Program-made: the position numbers and the translations under genes | In this document: in pieces, positions 10,455 through 18,112 of the stretch | How the letters are laid out: every line of letters starts with the position of its first letter | Numbering within the stretch: the stretch's first letter is position 1 | Origin: a virus | Length of the DNA stretch: 64,000 nucleotides | Virus record (IMG/VR): IMGVR_UViG_3300025035_000003 | Coordinates: 37,226-101,225 of that record | Strand: one strand, 5' to 3' | Notes under the pieces: model-generated | What the model was told of the DNA's origin: nothing | The model's database searches: none | Seen by the model: the letters and a program-made list of their open reading frames with translations, nothing else

Positions 10455-10597
10455 GATAATATATACGAAAAATTGGATTAATAGTTATTATGAGTAAATG
10501 CTCATTGGGCGTTCTAGTAATAACTGTATTTATACTTGCTTACTTAATGAGGCGAAATGCTATCTAAAACAAGTGCTACAATTTGTTATATACTATC
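10455..10597 (-). ncRNA. Retron-like msr-msd cassette 4 (degenerate; A in place of branch G)
   Basis: Arms GATAATATATA 10455-65 / TATATACTATC 10587-97; hairpin AGTTATTA/TAATAACT; variant motifs TATTTATAC and GAGGCGAAATGCTATC. Confidence 0.55.
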
Positions 10598-10774
10598 TAG
10601 CAAGAACATACAAATTATCGACTTGGAATGTAGACCCACCTATGATTTCACAAACCATAGGTGGGTGGAATGGGTAGTCGTTAAATTGCATTTATTCATA
10701 ATATAGTACAGAGACGATACGTCATCATTTACTATGAGTTGCAATTGGAAGCTATGCTCTTGGGAGATAGTATA
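10589..10774 (-). ncRNA. Retron-like msr-msd cassette 3
   Basis: 22-bp arms (3 mismatches) 10589-10610 / 10753-10774; branch G at 10752; CAAATT; msd hairpin ACCCACCTATG/CATAGGTGGGT; TTTATTCA; GACG-ATA-CGTC. Confidence 0.75.
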
Positions 10775-10781
10775 AGTGTGG

Positions 10782-10999
10782 TATGTACTAAGAGTATACA
10801 AAATTTTGGTACTGCTGATATAGATATCAGAGGGTAGTAATTTCAGTGCAGATTGGTAATTTCTTCTAGAAAATACCAAGCTAACTGGAAGTTACGGAGC
10901 CGTTGATATCTATATTTATTCACAATAATTCATACAGAGGCGAATCGCCATCATTTATTGTAACATATAGATCGGTTGGAGCTATACTCTTAGTACATA
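10782..10999 (-). ncRNA. Retron-like msr-msd cassette 2
   Basis: Perfect 17-bp arms TATGTACTAAGAGTATA 10782-98 / 10983-99; branch G at 10982; CAAAATTTT; msd stem ATATAGATATCA/TGATATCTATAT; TATTTATTCA; GGCG-AAT-CGCC. Confidence 0.8.
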
Positions 11000-11012
11000 A
11001 CACAATAAAGCG

Positions 11013-12071
11013 TTATGTTAGTGGTTTGTACTTCTTAGGAAGTAGATTACGTGCCCATGTAATTAATCCACCTAGGCTATTTCCTGCTGATTTACGCTCA
11101 GTTGGCTCCAATAATTTGTTCTGAGAATTATGTCTTGCAGCACGAATCTTTCGCATAGTTGCACGAGTTGCACGTACTTCCGTGTCACCTACATTCACAC
11201 CTAGAATGCGACGATACCCGTACTTAGTGTACTTAATTCGTGTCTTCTTTGTGTTAGCTGAGAAACCGTTGTACTCTAGTATGGCGTATACACTATTTAT
11301 TACTTCATTGAGTATTTCATGATCATCGTCGTTTACAGATATCTGGATATCATCTGCGTAAATAGTAAGTGCAAAACTAGTAAATAAGTCATCTAGTAGT
11401 TCATGTATTTGTCCTAGTGCAGGCAGTAGTGCAATATTTGCGAGTAAGGGAGATGTGGCGAATCCTTGGGCAGCATACCCCTTTATATGAAATAAGCTAG
11501 CGTCGTATAGCTCAGTAGGTATCATAGTGTGATGGACTGTATCAAAGAAGTTAGATATGTCCATCATAATTGTTGCTTTATAGCCTATATGTAGGGAGGC
11601 ACCAGTAATACAGTTACGATTACGGAGGAATCCATGTGCTACATTAGCTAGTGGTGTGTGTGCCACTTGGGCGTAGAAGTACTCCTCTAATCCCTTTAAT
11701 TTAGAACGTTGATATTTAAGCAGTGCAGGTGATGGTGCTGTTATTTTGCGAAAACCTCCTGAGCGTTTAGGGATTTTGTATTCACGATAGCTTCCTGCTG
11801 GAAGAGTAAATTCATGTGTAGACTTATATCCAGGAAGCAAACTTTGTAAGTATTTACCATTATAGGATTCTCTACTACACCCAATAGCACAATCCCCTCC
11901 CATAGCTTCTGCTGATTCACTCTTAGTTAGGTTAGATTCTCTTGCGGTTTCTTCAGTATAATACTCAGGGCCAATCATAACTGTGAAGTTACCTGTTGTA
12001 TCTAGGTTACTGAAATCTATATCAGAACTTGGAGCGTCTCCTGTTCGTTCTATAAATTGTTTTTTTGTCAT
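11013..12071 (-). CDS. Retron-type reverse transcriptase (352 aa)
   Basis: IPKRSGGFRKITAP, AHGF, GASLH (NAxxH-like), DISNFF, QGFATSPLLAN, catalytic YADD, ILG at the VTG position. Start MTKKQF at 12071 after AAAGGA RBS; the ORF-track start at 12212 runs through the ncRNA. Confidence 0.9.
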   Translation of the reverse strand: MTKKQFIERTGDAPSSDIDFSNLDTTGNFTVMIGPEYYTEETARESNLTKSESAEAMGGDCAIGCSRESYNGKYLQSLLPGYKSTHEFTLPAGSYREYKIPKRSGGFRKITAPSPALLKYQRSKLKGLEEYFYAQVAHTPLANVAHGFLRNRNCITGASLHIGYKATIMMDISNFFDTVHHTMIPTELYDASLFHIKGYAAQGFATSPLLANIALLPALGQIHELLDDLFTSFALTIYADDIQISVNDDDHEILNEVINSVYAILEYNGFSANTKKTRIKYTKYGYRRILGVNVGDTEVRATRATMRKIRAARHNSQNKLLEPTERKSAGNSLGGLITWARNLLPKKYKPLT

Positions 12072-12107
12072 TAATGTTCCTTTATTAGGTAGTGTAGCGC
12101 TTAATTT

Positions 12108-12280
12108 CGCATATATGCAAATTTTGATCTGTATTGCCTGAAACCAGGTGATCGATGCTGTAATATATAGTTTTCCACCGGACGTAGTCGGTGGAAAACT
12201 ATATTTATTCATATGCTTGTTACAATGGCGATTCGCCTATATACCATATGAGGTATAGTTTATACTATGCCATATATGCG
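12108..12280 (-). ncRNA. Retron-like msr-msd cassette 1 (canonical position upstream of RT)
   Basis: Arms CGCATATATG 12108-17 / CATATATGCG 12271-80; branch G at 12270; CAAATTTT; perfect 16-bp msd hairpin 12165-12204; TATTTATTCA; GGCG-ATT-CGCC; TATACC/GGTATA hairpin. Confidence 0.8.
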
Positions 12281-12318
12281 TAACTAAAAACTATGTGTAG
12301 TACTAATACTTAAAAGCA

Positions 12319-12528
12319 TTAGTACATTCGTTTATAGAATCCCATTAATTTCTTACTAGGGCCTACTGTCTTTGACTCTTCACAGATGTAACATACGTTA
12401 GTATGCACTGTGAGAGGGTCTGTATATGTTGGGTTACGTGAGTACTTGTCTGCACAATCAAAGCAGATGTATGGACTTAGTTTGCCAGATGCACATTCTT
12501 CTGCACGCATTTCTTGTTTATTGTTCAT
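12319..12528 (-). CDS. Small Cys-rich (CxxC..CxxC) protein
   Basis: CFDC and CYIC motifs, AGGGA RBS. Confidence 0.6.
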   Translation of the reverse strand: MNNKQEMRAEECASGKLSPYICFDCADKYSRNPTYTDPLTVHTNVCYICEESKTVGPSKKLMGFYKRMY

Positions 12529-12634
12529 TGATTCTGTCCCTGATTTCTTGTATGCAGAACGTCATCAATTGCAGCACTAATAGCCATCATACTTAGTACT
12601 ATATAATCCATTGATTCCTTTAATTGTGTTGCGC

Positions 12635-13198
12635 TCATAATTGCTCCTTATTAGTAATTAGCTTACAGAATATAAATATAGATTTCCAGTCGTTGTTTGC
12701 TGCTAGCTCATCGTCTGTCAGCCATACTATGCTATTAGTAGAGAATTCTTCAGATGCAGCCGGGTGCTCGGCTTCTGTAAGATGTGTTTTAGGAATGTCA
12801 GTGACATCTACTAAAAACCCATGTGCTATCTGGTCCATTTGAGTAGATACCATTGTAGACCCTACAAAGTGTACCTGCTCATCAGTTACTACATACCCAG
12901 CTTCTTCTAATACTTCTGTGATAGTAATTTGTTGAGGTGTGGTTTCTGCAGCCATTGAACCACCAAATGCAGTTGTTAACATAGCTGGTTTACCTAGACG
13001 ATGATCGAGAGGAGGCTTAGATTCATTGATAAGACCGAAGGGCTTATCAGAGTTACCGTCATGAAGAATGAAGAAGATACTGTCCGTACCTGCTCTAGTG
13101 GCATACTGATAGTAACCACGTGCTTGGTTGATAGTTATGTACGGCTGACCATTTATTGCTTTGGATGGTGATTCATATTGTGTGGTTGGTGTGTGCAT
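12635..13198 (-). CDS. Nudix hydrolase
   Basis: Nudix box-like GGS....QITITEVLEEAGY. Confidence 0.75.
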   Translation of the reverse strand: MHTPTTQYESPSKAINGQPYITINQARGYYQYATRAGTDSIFFILHDGNSDKPFGLINESKPPLDHRLGKPAMLTTAFGGSMAAETTPQQITITEVLEEAGYVVTDEQVHFVGSTMVSTQMDQIAHGFLVDVTDIPKTHLTEAEHPAASEEFSTNSIVWLTDDELAANNDWKSIFIFCKLITNKEQL

Positions 13199-13222
13199 TG
13201 TGTTCCTTTAATTATGGTAGAG

Positions 13223-13471
13223 TTATAGCTCTTCCCATCCGTCTTCTTTCATTTGCATTTTATGTTGCCATACTGCCTCTGATAAATCCTCTGGGCATTC
13301 ATTATCAAGTGTCATACTGTCTAGTTGCCTTCTTGTGCCAGAAGTTGTCTTAAGTGCATAAATGCTTATCCAGATACTCTCTTGGTCTGCATCTACTGTG
13401 AAATAGAGCACTTCTTCTGGTCCAAGTTTTACTGTGTACTCATCTTTCTTGAATAATGTATATTTGCTCAT
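13223..13471 (-). CDS. Hypothetical protein
   Basis: Translationally coupled ORF. Confidence 0.6.
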   Translation of the reverse strand: MSKYTLFKKDEYTVKLGPEEVLYFTVDADQESIWISIYALKTTSGTRRQLDSMTLDNECPEDLSEAVWQHKMQMKEDGWEEL

Positions 13472-13650
13472 TTAGCACCCTTGTCGGTTTGTTGGTATTG
13501 GGCATTAACTGATTTCCAATATACAGAGTAACCACCTTGGTTTTCCGGTAATTTCCATCGTTTAGCCATCTCAGATATACCAGTTTGTGGTAATGATAAT
13601 CCTGCTTTAGCCAATTGGTTATTAGTGCACTTAATTAGATTAGCTAGCAT
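13468..13650 (-). CDS. Hypothetical protein
   Basis: ORF with AAGGA RBS. Confidence 0.55.
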   Translation of the reverse strand: MLANLIKCTNNQLAKAGLSLPQTGISEMAKRWKLPENQGGYSVYWKSVNAQYQQTDKGAK

Positions 13651-14241
13651 TTAGCGTCCTTGTATGTAGTCATAAACTAATGGATGTAAGAATTGTTTAT
13701 TCGATTCGATATCATTACGAATAGATTGCGCTCTGATTTGTATGCCACTGAGTGGTAATTTAGTAGTATGCATACCAGCTATCTCGTATAGTTTGCAATA
13801 AGATTCATTGGTATAATCAATTCCACGGAAAGTGAAATTAGTTAGATCCTCTAGCTTCTCATGTAGGTAGATTGTAGTTTCAGACAAGTCATCAGTTATA
13901 GTTAGCTGTATGGCTTTGCATAGTCGATAGAGCCAGTCATCCCAATCAGGTGAATCATCTAGTGCTATACATTTGATATTAGGGTAAACTAAACGAATCA
14001 TGTGGATTCGTTCAAGTGGGTACCATGGGTTACGGTCGTCATGCATATCTGATATAAATACTGTATTCAGATTGGATAATAAGAAAGGGTCCTCTGACTT
14101 ATCTAATGCGATTAATTCTTGCACCATATTGTAACCACAATCGAATAAAAGATAATCATTTTCAGATACTTCAATTAGAAATGATGCGTTTGTCTACGTG
14201 AAGTCTGCTCCTCCACCGTTACCGAGCTGTTTAAGTTTCAT
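13651..14241 (-). pseudogene. Chimeric or degraded gene: metallo-beta-lactamase-fold N-terminus (in-frame TAG) fused to NadM/cytidylyltransferase-like C-terminus
   Basis: ATG 14241 reads MKLKQLGNGGGADFT*TNASFLI..LLFDCG..VFISDMHDD then RNPW..ERIHMI; TAG at 14194-14196. Confidence 0.55.
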
Positions 14242-14494
14242 GTTACTATCTCTCACTTATTGAAATTTGTGGTTCTTCTTGCTCTTTGTCTTGTTGAGTA
14301 GTATTGAAGAGACGTGCTGCTTTCTCTGCATATAGTTGTATTTCTGTTTGTTCGTTATTCATGTTGGTTGTCCTATATGGATTGTTACGTTTTACATGTC
14401 AATAATTAATTGAGGTATGTGGTAAACGCCTTTTTTAGTATCCCAGGCCCGACTTGCACAGGCAGCAGTTCTCATCTAGAATGTTGACTGAGAC

Positions 14495-15220
14495 TTATTT
14501 GGATTGTTTAACGTGTAGTGATGGGAAGAATACCCCTGTGAGTACTCCGCGAGTTGGTTGGTCATATGTGGCACCAGTGTCCAAGTTAACAGCACCATCG
14601 TAGAATAGGGGCTCAGCAGGGATTGTAGCTTTCTTCTTCAATATATAATCTGTTGGAGTATGTCCAAATACATTATAATATGGAGTAGTGTTCTTCTTCC
14701 CATATGGTTGATTACGATTCCATGCAAAGTCAAACGTAAATGTTGCTGCTTCCTTAAGAGGTTTAAATGCACTCCATGTATGTGATACTAATAGTTCAAG
14801 TCCTGATTCATCTTTGATACCTGTTTCAATATATAATGGAAGTGACTGAAGGTATAGTAGATCAGTTAGTAATGCTTGATAGTTACCATTATACGCTGAG
14901 AATACATCTTGCCCTCCATTAAAGAACCAATCACTATCCCGTATAACAGACATAGATTTAGGTGTAAGGATTTCTCCGTCAACTAATTGCTGTATATATG
15001 GAATAAGTTCACATGCCATTAATTCGTGGTTACCACGGACTGCTTGTATTCCAGATGAGCGTATGAACTCTATGGTTTCACGAGAATGTGGACCGCGATC
15101 AATTAAATTACCTACTGAGCAGATTTGTATGTGTGAAGGGATACCTGCTATAAGTTGCTTGAGTTTACGAAATTCCCCGTGTATGTCACCTATAATAAAG
15201 GCTGTGTCAGTTAATTGCAT
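14495..15220 (-). CDS. Calcineurin-like metallophosphoesterase (phage Ser/Thr phosphatase family)
   Basis: GDIHG, GNLIDRG (normally GDxxDRG), GNHE, FGHTP, LDTG. Confidence 0.85.
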   Translation of the reverse strand: MQLTDTAFIIGDIHGEFRKLKQLIAGIPSHIQICSVGNLIDRGPHSRETIEFIRSSGIQAVRGNHELMACELIPYIQQLVDGEILTPKSMSVIRDSDWFFNGGQDVFSAYNGNYQALLTDLLYLQSLPLYIETGIKDESGLELLVSHTWSAFKPLKEAATFTFDFAWNRNQPYGKKNTTPYYNVFGHTPTDYILKKKATIPAEPLFYDGAVNLDTGATYDQPTRGVLTGVFFPSLHVKQSK

Positions 15221-15245
15221 TACAAGTTCCTGTTTGTTAAATTAT

Positions 15246-15367
15246 TAACATCTCCAAAAGATGTATACGTATGTATTCTATTACAGCTCAATGCCGCTAC
15301 GGATGTTCTAGCATCGGAAGATACATACTAAGGACTAGAATCCTATATACATCTTTTGGAGGTGCTA
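15246..15367 (-). ncRNA. Putative structured RNA (16-bp perfect closing stem, multibranch)
   Basis: CTCCAAAAGATGTATA 15252-67 / TATACATCTTTTGGAG 15346-61; inner GTATGTAT/ATACATAC. Confidence 0.45.
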
Positions 15368-15372
15368 AATGA

Positions 15373-15457
15373 AGGAGGACACTCTTGGAATCAAACCAAG
15401 TACCTTCTGATTAATCATTAGATGCCCCCTATCGGTGAGCTAAAAAAAAAAATGTCC
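15373..15457 (-). pseudogene. Degenerate tRNA (possibly Asn-derived)
   Basis: Acceptor GGACATT/AGTGTCC and T arm CTTGG-TTTGATT-CCAAG present; expanded T-run, mismatched anticodon arm, no CCA. Confidence 0.5.
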
Positions 15458-15462
15458 GTGTA

Positions 15463-15536
15463 TGGTGGGCAAGAAAGGAGTTGAACCTCTGTCAGTCCGT
15501 TATGAGCGGATGGCTCTACCGTTGAGCTACTTGCCC
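15463..15536 (-). tRNA. tRNA-Met/Ile2 (CAT)
   Basis: Full cloverleaf GGGCAAG..CTCATAA..TTCAACT..CTTGCCC-ACCA. Confidence 0.85.
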
Positions 15537-15584
15537 TATTAAGGTGCAGTCACCTCCTATACCATATATTGGAGACTGCGAATT

Positions 15585-15658
15585 ATTTTATTGTCTAAAC
15601 CATTCGACTACTCCTGCTAGAAGCAGGAGGTAGGATTCGAACCTACATAGTATAAAAT
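15585..15658 (-). ncRNA. Circularly permuted tRNA-like RNA A (YrlA/Y-RNA-like)
   Basis: Order: T arm (GTAGG-TTCGAAT-CCTAC), closed acceptor (CTCCTGC-ttcta-GCAGGAG), D arm (GTC-GAATGGTTTA-GAC), closed by ATTTTAT/ATAAAAT. Confidence 0.7.
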
Positions 15659-15684
15659 GTGTTATTGTCCGACTAACTTATATC

Positions 15685-15796
15685 TAGTTGCTGAGATTTG
15701 CAATGATTTCTGAAGCATGCTTAACCACTAAGCTATCCAACCTGGTGATCAGAGCTGGGATCGAACCAGAGTCTACTTCTAAAATAATCAGCACTG
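15685..15796 (-). ncRNA. Circularly permuted tRNA-like RNA B (YrlA/Y-RNA-like)
   Basis: T arm CTGG-TTCGATC-CCAG, acceptor TCTGATC-ACCA-GGTTGGA, D arm GCTT-AGTGGTT-AAGC, long closing stems GAAGTA/TGCTTC and TGCTGA/TCAGCA. Confidence 0.7.
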
Positions 15797-15873
15797 ACAC
15801 GGCCTTGCGAGCCTTGATGAAAGCCTATTGAACGTTAATTCTATTGTGGTCAATAAAATAAACGTGAAAAGAA

Positions 15874-15897
15874 AACTTATATAGCGCTATATAAGTT
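15874..15897. repeat. Perfect 24-bp palindrome
   Basis: AACTTATATAGCGCTATATAAGTT. Confidence 0.8.
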
Positions 15898-15912
15898 GGG
15901 TAAAGATAATAA

Positions 15913-16054
15913 TAAGTTTACCACAGTGAACACATACATGCCCGGTTACACTCCCTACTAATAGGTTAAGCATTTCTTCATCTTTCGAGAACCTAGATGC
16001 TGCAGAACGGTTTTAATTCTGTCTTCAATGTATGTGCTCAATGTGATAAACTTA
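15913..16054 (-). ncRNA. Putative structured RNA (27-bp closing stem, three inner hairpins)
   Basis: 15913-15939 / 16028-16054 inverted repeat with 3 mismatches. Confidence 0.5.
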
Positions 16055-16055
16055 G

Positions 16056-16820
16056 TTACCTAGCAGCTTTAGTACGATTACCTGCATAAGATAGTTTCTC
16101 TATTGTTCGTGATAGTAGTGTAGCCATAGTGATTGTATTAGTATGTTTCTTATCAAGTACTTCTAAGTAGTCAATTAGTTCATGCTGATTAGAGCCTTTA
16201 GGTCCAGGAGCGCGTACAAGCTTGATGTGCTTATACTTATTATTGACTATATGGTTAATTAATATGCTACTTTGACTTGCTATAGTTAAGTTTCTATACT
16301 CTGGGTGCATACGTTTAATGGTATTGTTCAACCAAGTAGTAAATGTACATAGTTCCTTGTAGCGTGATCCTTTAATACCATAACGTTCTGACTGCCCTAG
16401 TGCAAATGCTACGAATGATTTAACATTCTTGGATAAAAGATGCTGTAGTGCGTAGTCACGTATGAGTGTACTAGCTGGTGTGTAGAGTTCTGGTGTACCC
16501 TTCATAGAGAATAGTAGATCATATGCACCTGTTTCTCCAGCAACTAGTTGACTAAGAAATTTATGTACTGACCATAATGTAATATCTATATCATCTGCTA
16601 TATTCTTCGAATTAGCTGAACCAGTTGTGAAGACTAAATGCTCAGGAGCTGTTCGTAGCAGTAATGATTGTTTAGATGGCATGAATAGCCCAAGATAATC
16701 CACATCCGATGAAGGTGTAGATGTTCCATAGAGGTGTGAACCAGACTTAGTAACATAAATTACTGTACAATCATTGTCTTGTTCAAATTTCGTAAGTATT
16801 GATTTAATTGGGTTATCCAT
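16056..16820 (-). CDS. Pol-beta-superfamily nucleotidyltransferase (T4 nrdC.11/RlaP-like), probably C-terminally truncated
   Basis: GSHLYGTSTPSSDVDY, YGIKGSR; ends at GNRTKAAR without the usual helical C-terminal region. Confidence 0.7.
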   Translation of the reverse strand: MDNPIKSILTKFEQDNDCTVIYVTKSGSHLYGTSTPSSDVDYLGLFMPSKQSLLLRTAPEHLVFTTGSANSKNIADDIDITLWSVHKFLSQLVAGETGAYDLLFSMKGTPELYTPASTLIRDYALQHLLSKNVKSFVAFALGQSERYGIKGSRYKELCTFTTWLNNTIKRMHPEYRNLTIASQSSILINHIVNNKYKHIKLVRAPGPKGSNQHELIDYLEVLDKKHTNTITMATLLSRTIEKLSYAGNRTKAAR

Positions 16821-16830
16821 TATGGAGCCT

Positions 16831-17757
16831 TTAGTAATTATTAGAAGTTAGAGCACAGTACGCGTTTAAAATATCAGTAGAAGTCATTAGATCAGTAATT
16901 GGTATTCCCGCTCGTAATAACACAGTTAACATGTGTACGTCTTCTTCATCTAATACTTCTTCTGGTTCATCTGCAGCTAATAGTTTAGCGTACTCCGCGT
17001 CTTCTATTGCTTCTTGTTCTGCTTCTGCAATTTCGTCTTTAACTAATTTTTCTAGCATATGGTACTCGTCCATTAATGATGCTCGTGAAGCTTGTTGATA
17101 TGTTGAGAAACTATTAGCATCCCCATAGAAAAAAGTAGCTAGTTCAATTACACTAGTAAGTAAGTTAGCATGTGGTATAGTTCGTTTTTCATTGTAAGTT
17201 AACCATTTAATTTGCTTAGCTACATTTATGTAATCTACTGGTGGCGTACCTACTAAGGTAGGTTTTCCATTTCGCTCTGTATAAGGCCTAGGTGCTATTA
17301 CTTTTTCAATAACGTTAGATGAGGCTATAAAATCTGTCATTGGTGTTAGTGGGCATGTCTCCCATAAGTTATTAAGTAAAGTTAATAGTTCATGTTCCAA
17401 AGTAACTTCGGGGAGTGCGTCTAGAGTTGCATAAGAAGTAGTTAGTGGTTTAATTCCCAATAGTTGCTCACTTAAGGATGGTGTAGTGGTTATTGGATTG
17501 TGCACAATTGCTATACATCGACCTTTTGCATATGTGATAGGAGTATTGAGTGCAGTGTTGATAGCTCCATTAGCAATACGATATTCGCATCGAGCTAGCA
17601 TGTTCTGCTGGTAAGCACCGCCTCTATGTTCCATGATTCCTGCAAAGTTAGGCTTGTTAGTAGCTGATGCTAATGGGAATACAACACCTGTGTCAGTTAA
17701 ATGGTTAGTTGATAAGTCAATTCCAGAGAATCGTTGAGTTGATTTAGATATACGCAT
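16831..17757 (-). CDS. Putative C-terminal half of split JAB metalloprotease plus unknown region
   Basis: Begins MRISKSTQRFSGID (JAB FSxxD motif); own AAAGGA RBS and TAATG coupling. Confidence 0.5.
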   Translation of the reverse strand: MRISKSTQRFSGIDLSTNHLTDTGVVFPLASATNKPNFAGIMEHRGGAYQQNMLARCEYRIANGAINTALNTPITYAKGRCIAIVHNPITTTPSLSEQLLGIKPLTTSYATLDALPEVTLEHELLTLLNNLWETCPLTPMTDFIASSNVIEKVIAPRPYTERNGKPTLVGTPPVDYINVAKQIKWLTYNEKRTIPHANLLTSVIELATFFYGDANSFSTYQQASRASLMDEYHMLEKLVKDEIAEAEQEAIEDAEYAKLLAADEPEEVLDEEDVHMLTVLLRAGIPITDLMTSTDILNAYCALTSNNY

Positions 17758-18086
17758 TATTGTTCCTTTAAAAATGATGGGAGTGGGCCAATGAAAGGTT
17801 CACATTTTGATAATATACAACTAACTTGTGTAGAGTATGCTTGGTGTTTAAGGCATAGGTCCACTACTGAACCAAACACTGTAACACGACCTGATTTATG
17901 AATTGTAATACTAGTGTACTTACACAAATGACCATTACACTTATCCCAGTAGAGTTCGCCTTCGTTTGGTTTCCAGAACTTAGTATGCTTGTTTACACAC
18001 TCTAGCTTATCCTTGGTGCTAATGCAGATAGGATGTGGATCCGCTTTAGACATATACACCCAATCGCCTACTTTAAATTGCGGCAT
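17757..18086 (-). CDS. Phage hypothetical protein inserted between JAB halves
   Basis: FKVGDWV, WKPNEGE, CEPFIGPLPSF motifs; GGAGG RBS. Confidence 0.7.
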   Translation of the reverse strand: MPQFKVGDWVYMSKADPHPICISTKDKLECVNKHTKFWKPNEGELYWDKCNGHLCKYTSITIHKSGRVTVFGSVVDLCLKHQAYSTQVSCILSKCEPFIGPLPSFLKEQ

Positions 18087-18112
18087 TGTTACCTCCCTAT
18101 CAAAAATATAAC

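Noticed and set aside
10455-10999. CRISPR array
   Set aside because: No identical direct repeats with regular spacers; the units are defined by inverted arms and short motifs.
11013-12071. RT as part of a diversity-generating retroelement or group II intron
   Set aside because: No template/variable repeat pair with A-specific mismatches, no Avd-like gene, no maturase or endonuclease domain and no intron domain V seen; flanks fit msr-msd.
10612-12211. msDNAs acting as splints that rejoin the split DNA polymerase or JAB genes
   Set aside because: No complementarity to the junction regions found by eye.
12072-12212. ORF-track N-terminal extension of the RT
   Set aside because: It runs through the msd hairpin; the RBS-supported start is 12071.
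14194-14196. Genome-wide TAG recoding
   Set aside because: Capsid, endolysin and 59746..60339 end cleanly at TAG, genes are not fragmented, and no CTA-anticodon tRNA was seen.
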